From the IMG/VR virus record IMGVR_UViG_2541047843_000009: a stretch of DNA of 40,254 nt; one strand, given 5' to 3'. This document shows positions 9,360 through 18,232 of this stretch, piece by piece. A program made the position numbers and the translations under genes. This stretch comes from a virus. Its lineage: Duplodnaviria > Heunggongvirae > Uroviricota > Caudoviricetes. Under the pieces are notes generated by a model. It had not been told where the DNA came from. It saw only the letters and a program-made list of their open reading frames with translations, and searched no databases. Positions within the stretch are counted from its first letter, which is position 1; each line of letters begins with the position of its first letter.

Positions 9360-10766
9360 CTACCGTCCTATCGAAATATAACTGAATCTGTATTGCTGTG
9401 AGATATCACTGGTTGCCACACGCCACGCTGAATTACTGATATGTTCAAAATTTACAGACAAAACCTGCGGGGCAGGATTCGACGGGTCTGACTGAACGGC
9501 ATCAGACATAACACTGACTGAAACCATCGGCTGATTAGGGAATGGTATAGGGAAGTGTCCACTGATAAAGCGGGTCGTGTTTCCTGAAAAAGTGCCAAAC
9601 TGAACAATATATCCACCTGGTAGCCTGAACCATCCCGAACCAGAAGCGAATGCTCCCATATCCGGTATCTGATTATCTCCTGTGCCCACATCCCTTTTCG
9701 CCGCTTCTCCTAAACCAAGGTATGTGAGAAGACCAGCTACATCCTTTCCACTCAAATTGGTAAGCGTATTGTCCAGCGGTTGTTTACCTGCCAGCGCATT
9801 AAGCATTGTCGTGGCAAAGTTCGGATCATTCCCCAGTGCCGCCGCCAGTTCGTTCAGTGTATCCAGTGCAGCAGGTGCAGAACCCACCATTCCTGCAATC
9901 GCCGATTTCACAAAAGCCGTAGTGGCAATCTGTGTATTGTTGACCGACTGCGCCGCCGTGGGGGCTGTTGGCGTTCCGGTGAGTGCCGGACTCGACAACG
10001 GTGCTTTTAGTGCCAGCGCATTGTTAATGGTGGTACTGAAATTCGGATCATTGTTAATGGCTGCGGCTATTTCTTTCAGCGTGTCCAGCGTGGCTGGCGC
10101 ACCATTAATAAGGGCCGTCAGTGCCGCCTGTACAAACGCAGTGGTCGCAACCTGCGTGGTATTATTCCCCGCCGCTGGCGTTGGCGCTTTGGGGGTTCCG
10201 GTAAATGTCGGGCTGGCTTTTGGCGCGTACTGTGAATGCGGGTCCGGTGCGGCAAGATGTTTTGCCATCTGATCATCCGCGTACACCTTCAGCTCCAGTG
10301 CCTTGTCATCCACATACTTGCGGGTTGCCAGCACTACAGCAGGGTCGATTTTCAGGGTGATATTGTCCGTGCTGCTGGTAATCAGCACCATGCGCACGGT
10401 CTGAGTGCGCCCGCTACCTTCAGCCAGTTGCGGCTTATAGCTTTCCGGGCAGTTGCCCACGGCAATCAATGCCCCGGACTCATCAAACAAGCCCACTTCA
10501 CGTATCCACCAACCGCCCTCGTTTTCAGGGATCACCTGTTCGGCAATAATCTGGCTGCTGTTCTGCGGGTCGATATAAAGCATATTCAGCGCAGCCCGGC
10601 GTTTCTCATTTACCAGTGCCGTCTGCTTTGCGTCCGGCGTTGGCAATACTCCACTGCCATCGCCCACCGCCATATGGGTAATTTTTAGCGGCACACCGAG
10701 CGCGGCGGCGCTGGCAAGTTTCGCCGCGCCAATATCCGTCAGCAGGGTATAAAATTTTGTGCTCAT
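9360..10766 (-). CDS. H: Tail fibre protein H (constant N-terminus, invertible C-terminus)
   Basis: 468 aa; Ala/Thr-rich repeats (TTQVATTAFV..., NDPNF...); the 3' 345 nt lie inside the invertible segment. Confidence 0.85.
   Translation of the reverse strand: MSTKFYTLLTDIGAAKLASAAALGVPLKITHMAVGDGSGVLPTPDAKQTALVNEKRRAALNMLYIDPQNSSQIIAEQVIPENEGGWWIREVGLFDESGALIAVGNCPESYKPQLAEGSGRTQTVRMVLITSSTDNITLKIDPAVVLATRKYVDDKALELKVYADDQMAKHLAAPDPHSQYAPKASPTFTGTPKAPTPAAGNNTTQVATTAFVQAALTALINGAPATLDTLKEIAAAINNDPNFSTTINNALALKAPLSSPALTGTPTAPTAAQSVNNTQIATTAFVKSAIAGMVGSAPAALDTLNELAAALGNDPNFATTMLNALAGKQPLDNTLTNLSGKDVAGLLTYLGLGEAAKRDVGTGDNQIPDMGAFASGSGWFRLPGGYIVQFGTFSGNTTRFISGHFPIPFPNQPMVSVSVMSDAVQSDPSNPAPQVLSVNFEHISNSAWRVATSDISQQYRFSYISIGR
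9704..9719. repeat. Inversion crossover site, right inverted repeat
   Basis: ccttctcctaaaccaa, reverse complement of 7929-7944, located inside the tail-fibre gene H. Confidence 0.7.
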
Positions 10767-11368
10767 GGATTCACTCTCATTGTGTCAATAACATGGACCG
10801 CCCCGCCTTCATGCGCGGTGCCACCGGAAATAATCGTTTCGTTGATATACGGATAGATCGTGATTTCTTCGCCAAGATAGCTGGCGGCTCCCACCCAATG
10901 CGGGCCGCTGGTCTGCAGATTGATGGACATGCCGATCATGTGGCGGCTACATGGTTTGGCATCGCTTATCAGTCGCTCAAGTTCCAGATAGGTATCTTCA
11001 GTGATGCCCTGGTCCTGCACGCCGATATCCAGGCGAAACGTGCCCGGTGTTTCTCCGGTCTGCCACCACTCAATAATGCGGATCAGGAATCCGAACGGCT
11101 CCACCACCCGCCGCACGGCACTGGTGGTCCCTTTATGCTGATGAATATAAAAAGCATCCTTCACCACCTGGCGCTTGACGCTTTCTGTCCAGCCCTCGTC
11201 CCAGCGATCCACAGAGAACGCCCAGGCGAGATAAGGCAGGAAACTGACCGGACAGGTTGCCGGATTCCACAAGTCACGAAGCGGCACCTGCAGATCAGAA
11301 ATCCCGCTGCAGGTTTGCGCCAGTCGGCGCTCCAGTGGTGTTGAACCCGGTGGCAGCAGACTATTCAT
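10763..11368 (-). CDS. I: Baseplate assembly protein I
   Basis: 201 aa between J and H, P2 order. Confidence 0.8.
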   Translation of the reverse strand: MNSLLPPGSTPLERRLAQTCSGISDLQVPLRDLWNPATCPVSFLPYLAWAFSVDRWDEGWTESVKRQVVKDAFYIHQHKGTTSAVRRVVEPFGFLIRIIEWWQTGETPGTFRLDIGVQDQGITEDTYLELERLISDAKPCSRHMIGMSINLQTSGPHWVGAASYLGEEITIYPYINETIISGGTAHEGGAVHVIDTMRVNP

Positions 11369-12269
11369 CCGTTCCTCCGTTGGTTACGCTCCACTGCGTA
11401 CATGATGCCGCCTGTGTTTTGTTCAGGACCACATCCGCCAGAGGAGAAGCCAGCTCCACACGCTGCACCCCCTCAACATGCAGGGCGGCAAAGATGGCGC
11501 TACGGCGAATATCCCGACCAAGACGCGTCTGACTGGCGATGTACTTCTGCAGGCTGGCTTTTGCCGCTGCCATTACCGGCTCTGCTTCCGGTCCAGGATA
11601 GAGAAAAATGGTGGCATCCACGCGATACGGGATGATTTCTGCGCTGCGAACCGTAAGACGGTCAGCCACCGGGCGGACGTTCTCACTGTTCAGAGCTTTT
11701 TCCACCACGTCCAGCAGGTCTTTTTCTGCAGTTCCATCGCCTTCGCGGCTAAGGACAGTCAGCACCACCTCTGCAGGTGCCGGGCTGGTTGCACTGGCAT
11801 CCGCCACCCGACCGTCGGCGCTTCGGGCATGAAATTCATAAGCTGCAGTTGGCCCCGCAACAGAAAGCCCTTCAAAGGCTGCAGGCACACGCAGGCGCAA
11901 CGCTTCATCGCTTTCCATCACAGCTGCAACGGGCGGCACAGCATCATTATCAGCAGGCGTCACCGTCAGGCGTGTCACGTTGTAGTTGGCAGCGAGCTGG
12001 TCAAGATCGCCGCCCATCGCGTAAGCCACCATCACCGCCTGCGCGGCTTCGTTAATGCGCTGGCGCAGAAGCAACTCACGGTAAGCGTTCTCCTGCAACA
12101 ATTTAGTGGCGGGTTCAGATTCCAGTTCCAGCGTGCGGATCACTGCTTCCTGCTCATCTTTCGGATGAAGCGCCACAAATTCTGCCTTGCGTTCGGCAAG
12201 CAGCGTCTCAAAGTCCGGCACATCCACAATCTGCGGTGCAGGCAACTGCGAAAGGTCAATCACTGCCAT
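11361..12269 (-). CDS. J: Baseplate protein J
   Basis: Start taken at MAVIDLSQLP, about 302 aa; the track's longer start is probably upstream junk. Confidence 0.8.
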   Translation of the reverse strand: MAVIDLSQLPAPQIVDVPDFETLLAERKAEFVALHPKDEQEAVIRTLELESEPATKLLQENAYRELLLRQRINEAAQAVMVAYAMGGDLDQLAANYNVTRLTVTPADNDAVPPVAAVMESDEALRLRVPAAFEGLSVAGPTAAYEFHARSADGRVADASATSPAPAEVVLTVLSREGDGTAEKDLLDVVEKALNSENVRPVADRLTVRSAEIIPYRVDATIFLYPGPEAEPVMAAAKASLQKYIASQTRLGRDIRRSAIFAALHVEGVQRVELASPLADVVLNKTQAASCTQWSVTNGGTDE

Positions 12270-12615
12270 TCTCTGCTCCTGTTGATACGGAAAGGGACAC
12301 AGGCACACCGTTATTCCGCCGCCCGGTCAGCTCCACCACCATTGAACCGTCAAAATTGCTGTTGATGGTGATGGAATCCAGCGTCAACCGTGGCTCCCAG
12401 CGACTCAGCGCCACATACACTGCCGACATGACCTGCAGGCGTAATGCCGGATTTTGTGGCTGATCTATCAGTGCCGACAGCAGGGAACCATATTCCCGGC
12501 GGGCAATACGGCTACCCTGCGGTGTCAGCAGAATGTCCCGCACCGACTGGCGCAGATGATCAATATCAGTAATGACTTTGCCGCTGGTATTGTTCATCCC
12601 GCTATAAAGCGTCAT
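12256..12615 (-). CDS. W: Baseplate wedge protein W
   Basis: 119 aa between V and J. Confidence 0.8.
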   Translation of the reverse strand: MTLYSGMNNTSGKVITDIDHLRQSVRDILLTPQGSRIARREYGSLLSALIDQPQNPALRLQVMSAVYVALSRWEPRLTLDSITINSNFDGSMVVELTGRRNNGVPVSLSVSTGAENGSD

Positions 12616-13190
12616 ACCGGGCCTCCGGTTGTATCGCCGCCTTTCAGGACGCCAGTATGCTGATGCGCATCAACCACGATCCCGTTAGAACTCATCGCTC
12701 CGCCGCCCTGGGTAACGCCACCATTGATCACCACTTCGCTGTTAATGCGCGTGCGGTCAGCCTCCAGTACAAACTCACTGGTTTTCATGGTGATGTTGTC
12801 AGCAGCCTCAATGACCATTGATTTGATGCCCCTGACATACCAGCGCCCGGTGGCGGGTTCGTATTCAAACCAGCCACCGTCAGGATGTTCTGTCACGCAG
12901 GCGTCCGCCGACGTCGACGGTGGTGCGAACTGATTCGAATAGACAGCGGGCAGCGCAAAGGCGGTTTCCAGATTGCCGCCCAGACTCAGCAGCACCACCT
13001 GCTCACCTTCCGATGGTCGCCACCATGTACGGGCATTCCCGGCACGCAGCGTCAGCCAGCTGATCCAGTTGGTTTCAAGCTCGCCCGTTTTCACCCGGCA
13101 AAGCCAGTTTTCCCTGTCCACTTCGGTGACTACCCCTGTGCGGATCAGGTTGGTGATAAGGCGCATGATTTCGGTTAATTGTGCGTTCAT
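12612..13190 (-). CDS. V: Baseplate spike protein V
   Basis: 192 aa; N-terminal domain then a Gly-rich C-terminus, as in P2 gpV. Confidence 0.8.
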   Translation of the reverse strand: MNAQLTEIMRLITNLIRTGVVTEVDRENWLCRVKTGELETNWISWLTLRAGNARTWWRPSEGEQVVLLSLGGNLETAFALPAVYSNQFAPPSTSADACVTEHPDGGWFEYEPATGRWYVRGIKSMVIEAADNITMKTSEFVLEADRTRINSEVVINGGVTQGGGAMSSNGIVVDAHQHTGVLKGGDTTGGPV

Positions 13191-13235
13191 AGGGAAAGGT
13201 TGCCATCAGGGGAAGAAAGGCGGCAGTGCTGCAAC

Positions 13236-13253
13236 TTGTATCAGTGCTGATAC
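13236..13253 (-). promoter_or_regulatory. Candidate Ogr-dependent late promoter element (TGT-N12-ACA) upstream of V
   Basis: Near-palindromic tgtatcagtgctgataca lies 46-63 nt upstream of the V start. Confidence 0.55.
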
Positions 13254-13258
13254 AAAGA

Positions 13259-13705
13259 TCACCCCGCCAGCCATTGCAGAATCATGTCGCGGGTCATTGC
13301 CTCAACATCATCATTTACACCCAGAAGGCGACGCTCTGCGTAACGCACCTCCGGTCCCTTACGACTGACGCGATCTCGCAGGCCGTAATGGTGAACGCGG
13401 GCAATGCGCTGCACCTTGCCTTCAAACTGCACGCTGGCAGAGTCGGTGCTGGCGGCAGTTTTCAGGTATTTTGTGGTGCGCAGCTTTGCAAACATCTGAC
13501 GTTTGATACGGCCTTTTTTACTGCGTGCTGTTACCCGTCGCGGTTCATAGCTGCTGCCGTCAGGGTTGCGCTGCATCCTGATATTCTGCTGCTGTGTCCG
13601 GCGAAGTTCCTGCGCCAGCTGGCGCATCATGCAGCTTCTCGAGGCTGGTTCCAGATTCGCCAGCAAGGCACTCAGCCAGTCGTCCACCTTCTGCAGTTCA
13701 GCCAC
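13259..13705 (-). CDS. S: Tail completion protein S
   Basis: 148 aa, between R and V. Confidence 0.8.
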   Translation of the reverse strand: MAELQKVDDWLSALLANLEPASRSCMMRQLAQELRRTQQQNIRMQRNPDGSSYEPRRVTARSKKGRIKRQMFAKLRTTKYLKTAASTDSASVQFEGKVQRIARVHHYGLRDRVSRKGPEVRYAERRLLGVNDDVEAMTRDMILQWLAG

Positions 13706-14150
13706 GTTTCACCGTCCACATTTCTTCAGGTGCATCAGGTTCCGCTATAGCTTCAACGCTCGACACACTGCCGTCAGTGCTGACCAGCACACGTTCCGTC
13801 AGTTGCAGGTTCAGGCTGATATCACAGACATCGTTGCGCAGAATATCCACCTCAAAGGTGAATAGCTTTTCCCGTAACGCCGGGTTATTGATGGCATCGG
13901 GCTGGTTATCCCTCAGCCACAGCAAAACCGGGGCCATCAGCAGATTCTGGTCGCCGCTGAAATCCTCAATCACCGCGTTCAGTGTGTAACGGTACTCCCA
14001 CGACATGGAGCTGGCCCCCGTGGCAACCAGCGAACCGTTATCCACAAACAGATGCAGTTTGTCCGGGTTATTGCGGACATAAGGCACCGCTTTATTGAGG
14101 GCGTGGCGCAGGGATTGTGGTTTGTTCACTGTTTCGCTCCTGACACGCAA
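13698..14150 (-). CDS. R: Tail completion protein R
   Basis: 150 aa, follows the lysis genes. Confidence 0.8.
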   Translation of the reverse strand: MRVRSETVNKPQSLRHALNKAVPYVRNNPDKLHLFVDNGSLVATGASSMSWEYRYTLNAVIEDFSGDQNLLMAPVLLWLRDNQPDAINNPALREKLFTFEVDILRNDVCDISLNLQLTERVLVSTDGSVSSVEAIAEPDAPEEMWTVKRG

Positions 14151-14382
14151 TAATCATGTCCACTTTGTCTGCACAGACCGCCCAGGCGGCCTCCGTTTCA
14201 TCCAGCAACGCGTTCAGATCACCGTTAGTGCGCGGCGTTGCCTGATCCAGCCGACACGGCGTCACTCGCGGACAACCACTGACGGTAAGCCATACCTCCG
14301 GTGAGTGCCGGACGTTTCCGCAGCCGGATAATGTCAGCAGGCAAAGGAGTATCAGCCCAGCGGCGTAAATCCTCGTTCTCAC
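14092..14382 (-). CDS. lysC: Outer-membrane lipoprotein spanin (Rz1/LysC-like)
   Basis: Starts inside lysB in another frame; signal peptide with lipobox LTLSGC. Confidence 0.65.
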   Translation of the reverse strand: MRTRIYAAGLILLCLLTLSGCGNVRHSPEVWLTVSGCPRVTPCRLDQATPRTNGDLNALLDETEAAWAVCADKVDMIIACQERNSEQTTIPAPRPQ

Positions 14383-14653
14383 GTTTCAGTTCCTCGATCC
14401 GGTGTTGTCGTTGTCTCAGCAGCGTGCTGGTCTGTTCTGCTTCGGCATAGAGCCGCGCCTGCTCCCGGTTATTGGTTTCAGTCAGAATGGACAGGCTGAT
14501 AAGCTGGCTATTGCTCTTTGCCAGTGCCTGGCTTTTGCTCTGCAGCTCGTCTGCCTGCGTGCTGATGGTCTGGCTGGCATCAGCCAGCCGCCACGTCTGC
14601 CAGCCCAGCGCCGCCAGTAATAACGTCAGCACAACCAGCAGCAACCGGTTCAT
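14225..14653 (-). CDS. lysB: Inner-membrane spanin (Rz/LysB-like)
   Basis: 142 aa; N-terminal transmembrane helix then a coiled-coil. Confidence 0.75.
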   Translation of the reverse strand: MNRLLLVVLTLLLAALGWQTWRLADASQTISTQADELQSKSQALAKSNSQLISLSILTETNNREQARLYAEAEQTSTLLRQRQHRIEELKRENEDLRRWADTPLPADIIRLRKRPALTGGMAYRQWLSASDAVSAGSGNAAH

Positions 14654-15027
14654 GCTGCTACCTGTTGCGCCATCTGATTACGGGTGATCCAGAAGGCAAT
14701 AACGGTCAGTAGATAAAAGACCAGGGTAATAGCCCACCCCGTCCAGGCGAGACTTACAACAATCAGCAATCGCATCACCCAACTGGTAAATACGTTTTCT
14801 TTTCGGGTAATTGTCTTCAGCAAAGATGCCCTTAACTCCTGCCAGAGCGGGCCATTCTTAATTAACGCAGCCAGTGCTACCGGAATTACCGCCCATGTCA
14901 GCAAACAGGCTACCCAAACGCCGGACGCTGCCAGTACCGGAAAAATCCCCTGCGGATACACCATTGCTGCGATTAACAGCGCCATCCATAACATCAGAAA
15001 CAGTCCGCTGATTAATTTCTTTTTCAT
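14650..15027 (-). CDS. lysA: Lysis regulator LysA-like multi-pass membrane protein
   Basis: Start taken at MKKKLISGLF, one nt after the K stop; about four hydrophobic helices. Confidence 0.65.
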   Translation of the reverse strand: MKKKLISGLFLMLWMALLIAAMVYPQGIFPVLAASGVWVACLLTWAVIPVALAALIKNGPLWQELRASLLKTITRKENVFTSWVMRLLIVVSLAWTGWAITLVFYLLTVIAFWITRNQMAQQVAA

Positions 15028-15028
15028 T

Positions 15029-15541
15029 TCAGTTTGCTCCCTGTAAACACCAGGCCATCTCCCGCGCACGGCGGTTATCCAGCCCCTGATTAAAAACACC
15101 TTTCACATAAACCCAGCGCGGCAACTGTCGGCATGCATCCGCCCAGCGCCGCTGATTGAGCAATTTCACCAGCGTGGAACTACAGGCATTGCCCGTCCCC
15201 ACGTTGAAGGCAAACGACACCGTAGCGTCATACACCTTCTGCGGCGGCTGTTGCTTCACACACCTTTCCAGCGCCCGCTCCACTCGTAGCACGTTGGAGA
15301 TCAGCCCTTCAGCTGCCTGTCGTTCCGTAATAATTTTGCCGGGAATGACGCCCGACGTATTACCAATGCCGTCGGTCCAGACACCCGCGCTGCACTGATA
15401 CGGCTGCAGACGACAGCCTTCATAATCGGCGATCAGTTTCAGTCCCTCCTCGGAGGTGTGAAGCTGCTGAAACCCCGGCAGCGTGGCAGCAATAGCCAGC
15501 ACGGCCCCGACAAGGCAGCGTTTAACGATTGATGGATTCAT
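15029..15541 (-). CDS. K: Endolysin, T4-lysozyme-like, with an N-terminal signal-anchor-release (SAR)-like hydrophobic segment
   Basis: EG-x8-D/C-x5-T catalytic pattern (EGCRLQPYQCSAGVWTDGIGNT) resembling P1 Lyz; N-terminal CLVGAVLAIAATLPGF. Confidence 0.8.
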   Translation of the reverse strand: MNPSIVKRCLVGAVLAIAATLPGFQQLHTSEEGLKLIADYEGCRLQPYQCSAGVWTDGIGNTSGVIPGKIITERQAAEGLISNVLRVERALERCVKQQPPQKVYDATVSFAFNVGTGNACSSTLVKLLNQRRWADACRQLPRWVYVKGVFNQGLDNRRAREMAWCLQGAN

Positions 15542-15737
15542 AGTCCTCCCGCGAGATCTGCCCGTCGCGCAGAAGCTGGTAGGCTTTGTGTTTGTAGTAC
15601 CAGTTGATAGCCAGCATCAGCACACCGATCATCAGGCCGCCCAGCGTTGAGGCATCCTTGATGGACAAATCGCCCAGCCAGGCCAGCACGACGGCGATGC
15701 AATACGTGATAAAGGCGCTGATTCGCTCAAGCGTCAT
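15522..15737 (-). CDS. Holin, two transmembrane helices (pinholin-like)
   Basis: 71 aa with two hydrophobic helices and a charged C-terminus, immediately upstream of the endolysin. Confidence 0.7.
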   Translation of the reverse strand: MTLERISAFITYCIAVVLAWLGDLSIKDASTLGGLMIGVLMLAINWYYKHKAYQLLRDGQISREDYESINR

Positions 15738-15740
15738 AAT

Positions 15741-15944
15741 TCAGTCCCATAGCTGGACGGTCTGCACGGTGGTGGTTGTCGGAATGTCCGGCAGCTCCAC
15801 CTGCAGCCCGTGAGGTAAAAAGGGGCCGTATTCGGCAAGCCCCGGATTTGCCTTCAGTACCTGCTCCGTGACACCCTGCGTGCGCCCGTAATGACGCCAG
15901 CAAAGTGCGTCCACCGTGTCATACTGATGCGCACGCACTTTCAT
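15741..15944 (-). CDS. X: Tail protein X
   Basis: 67 aa, same length and position as P2 gpX. Confidence 0.75.
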   Translation of the reverse strand: MKVRAHQYDTVDALCWRHYGRTQGVTEQVLKANPGLAEYGPFLPHGLQVELPDIPTTTTVQTVQLWD

Positions 15945-16408
15945 CAGATAAGCTCCACTGTGCAGTGCGGCGCATCCTGCACCCGGCTGATGGCCCAGCG
16001 GGCGTCACGCCATAAATCACCGCTTGCTTCCGCCAGTTCCTCGCCTCGCTTCGCACCGGATGCCGTGGCGTCATAGTCCTGGTAACGTTCGTTGAGCATG
16101 GCGCGTGCCCAGCAGTAAACCGCGTTGAAATAGTGCTGAATGCGCTCGCTTTTGCCGTCCAGTTGTTCCGCCGGGACTTCTGCCAGCGAGGCATACCCCA
16201 GCATCTGCTGGCGTCTGCGAAACTCATACAGCTCTGCGTTGACCTCCGAAATTGCCGACAGGGCAACCTGTTTTAAACGCGGCTGCGTCACCGTGCCGTC
16301 AGTGCGCATCACACTGCGAAACTCCGACAGGTCCACATCAGGCCAGAACGGCGTATTCCTGATGATTTCCGCCTGTTCCGGTGCCTGTTCTGGCGCAACA
16401 AACTTCAT
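15944..16408 (-). CDS. L: Head completion protein L
   Basis: Start taken at the ATG preceded by AGGAG (MKFVAPEQ...); the longer track ORF begins at a GTG. Confidence 0.75.
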   Translation of the reverse strand: MKFVAPEQAPEQAEIIRNTPFWPDVDLSEFRSVMRTDGTVTQPRLKQVALSAISEVNAELYEFRRRQQMLGYASLAEVPAEQLDGKSERIQHYFNAVYCWARAMLNERYQDYDATASGAKRGEELAEASGDLWRDARWAISRVQDAPHCTVELI

Positions 16409-16503
16409 GCTGCTTTCTCCTGAAATAGAGGGCGGTGGACGGGGTTTTGATGTGGCAGTGCCTTTCGCCACCCCGTGCCGCCCGTGCGCGGGGGCACGTT
16501 CTG

Positions 16504-17154
16504 TCAGCGGCTGTCATTGCGCAGTCTGCGCTCCAGCTGCTGTTTGTCTTTTTTCACGCCACAGCGGGGATCGAGCTGTAACGCATGGTTGAGATGATTA
16601 AGGGCAGACGCCGGATTTCTTTCACTCAGGACAGCGCCAATCGCTTTATGCAGACGCGCCCGTGACTGGTCCGGCATATCCATACCGTCTGTCAGCTCCA
16701 GGGTCTGCAGCAACAGATCGGCATCAAAGCCGGTGGCGGCAAGCATTGCGCTCTGGGCTGCATCTGCCATTTCCTCTGCCAGCACGGTCTGCACGTTGCG
16801 GTTACCTAACGGCATCACCCAGCCATGACGCAGGGCGTGACGCCCGATCTCCAGCGCCCCGGCATAATCTCCGGCATCAATGCGCCACAGCATCACGTAC
16901 ATCAGCACGTCATCCTGTTGAGCGCCTCCGGCAGCCAGGACACCCTCCGCCCAGGCGGCGTACTTCGGCAGCAGCTCCACCTTGATTTCCGCTTTTTTGA
17001 CCGTGGACTGAACGCCCTTGAGACGGCGGCGGTCTTCCGCCAGTTGCAGCAGCATCAGGTCATAGCCCGACGCGTGGCGAACGCTGCCGCCCTCGCGGGC
17101 GGCCTGTTCAGCCTGAACGCGCAGGCGATGCTGCCGTGCGGGACTCAGGCTCAT
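16504..17154 (-). CDS. M: Terminase small (endonuclease) subunit M
   Basis: 216 aa between N and L. Confidence 0.8.
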   Translation of the reverse strand: MSLSPARQHRLRVQAEQAAREGGSVRHASGYDLMLLQLAEDRRRLKGVQSTVKKAEIKVELLPKYAAWAEGVLAAGGAQQDDVLMYVMLWRIDAGDYAGALEIGRHALRHGWVMPLGNRNVQTVLAEEMADAAQSAMLAATGFDADLLLQTLELTDGMDMPDQSRARLHKAIGAVLSERNPASALNHLNHALQLDPRCGVKKDKQQLERRLRNDSR

Positions 17155-17157
17155 GAA

Positions 17158-18216
17158 TTACGCTCCGGTTTCTGCTGCTGCGGCGCTGAAGTCGCCAATC
17201 TGGATGTTTTCCACCAGTGCGGCGCAGCGGTAGTCCTCAACCACATAGGCTTCGTTAACGGATTCAAAGTTTTCAATCCGGTCACGTTTCGGGTTGTCGA
17301 TAACTGAGCGGCGGCGGGTGTCTTCCTGCCAGTAGATGGACAGGTTATCCAGACGGGTGATCAGCAGTGCATTCGGCGGGAAGAACGGCGCACGCACGGC
17401 CTGCAGGCCACCCATGCGTTTCTGACTGATGATCATATCGGCAGCCAGTTTTTCACTGTTTTCCTGCTCTTTGTTGACCAGCGGGAAATACTTGTCAGAC
17501 AGCAGTTCACGACCGCAAATCACCACCAGATCGTCATCGTCCTGGTAGACCACATCGATAAGCTCATTGACGGCATCCATCACCACGGCGTCCAGGTTGG
17601 CATATTCGCCACCTTTCCCGACTTTCACCGCACCCGGTGTGGTTTCACCGCCCGTGGTGGTGCTGCCCATGACGTGATCCGGTGCATCTTCACGGATTTT
17701 CTGCAGCCAGCCTTTGTTCACATCCTGCAGCAGCGGGTTTTCGCTACGGTTGGAGGTTTTCGCACGCTTCACGCCGTTAAAGCCGATCATGATGCGGTCC
17801 AGAGCCTGACGTTTCACGATGGCGTCACGGATGCGCACCTGGAAATCCTGAAACTTCGCCCACAGGTCCAGCTTCGCGTAGGTCAGCACCGTGTCAAAGT
17901 TGGTCTGCTCGCATTTATATTCCACATCGACCATCAGCGTCGGATCGACAGGTTCACGCTCTTTCGCGGTGGTGTCAGTGGTTCCGGCAATGGTGCTGCC
18001 AACTCCCAGCCCCAGCAGCTGACCGGACTGCTCAGTCACTGGCGTGACGTTAATCAGCGTCAGGAAAGCGGCGGACTGCTGGATCTGGTCTTCCAGCGTC
18101 TGCTGCACAGACGGCTCCACGGTGAACTTGCTGGACAGTTCTTCAACTGCCACACCGTTCAGACGCGCCAGCTGCTGCAGGTAAGCGTTAAAAGCAAAGC
18201 GGGTATTCTTCTTCAT
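17158..18216 (-). CDS. N: Major capsid protein N
   Basis: 352 aa, downstream of the scaffold gene. Confidence 0.9.
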   Translation of the reverse strand: MKKNTRFAFNAYLQQLARLNGVAVEELSSKFTVEPSVQQTLEDQIQQSAAFLTLINVTPVTEQSGQLLGLGVGSTIAGTTDTTAKEREPVDPTLMVDVEYKCEQTNFDTVLTYAKLDLWAKFQDFQVRIRDAIVKRQALDRIMIGFNGVKRAKTSNRSENPLLQDVNKGWLQKIREDAPDHVMGSTTTGGETTPGAVKVGKGGEYANLDAVVMDAVNELIDVVYQDDDDLVVICGRELLSDKYFPLVNKEQENSEKLAADMIISQKRMGGLQAVRAPFFPPNALLITRLDNLSIYWQEDTRRRSVIDNPKRDRIENFESVNEAYVVEDYRCAALVENIQIGDFSAAAAETGA

Positions 18217-18232
18217 CGGGTTTTGTGCTCCA

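Larger units (their letters stand above)
7929..9719. other. Invertible tail-fibre segment (about 1.8 kb, G-segment-like)
   Basis: Bounded by the inverted repeats, next to the invertase; holds two alternative fibre C-terminal coding segments and two tail-fibre assembly genes in opposite orientation. Confidence 0.7.

Noticed and set aside
9682-10272. 196-aa plus-strand ORF
   Set aside because: Antisense to tail fibre H within its repetitive Ala/Thr region.
11478-12365. 295-aa plus-strand ORF
   Set aside because: Antisense to baseplate gene J; Cys/His/Arg-rich nonsense composition.
15944-16471. Longer GTG-initiated version of gene L
   Set aside because: The ATG at 16408 has an AGGAG site at ideal spacing; the upstream extension has none.
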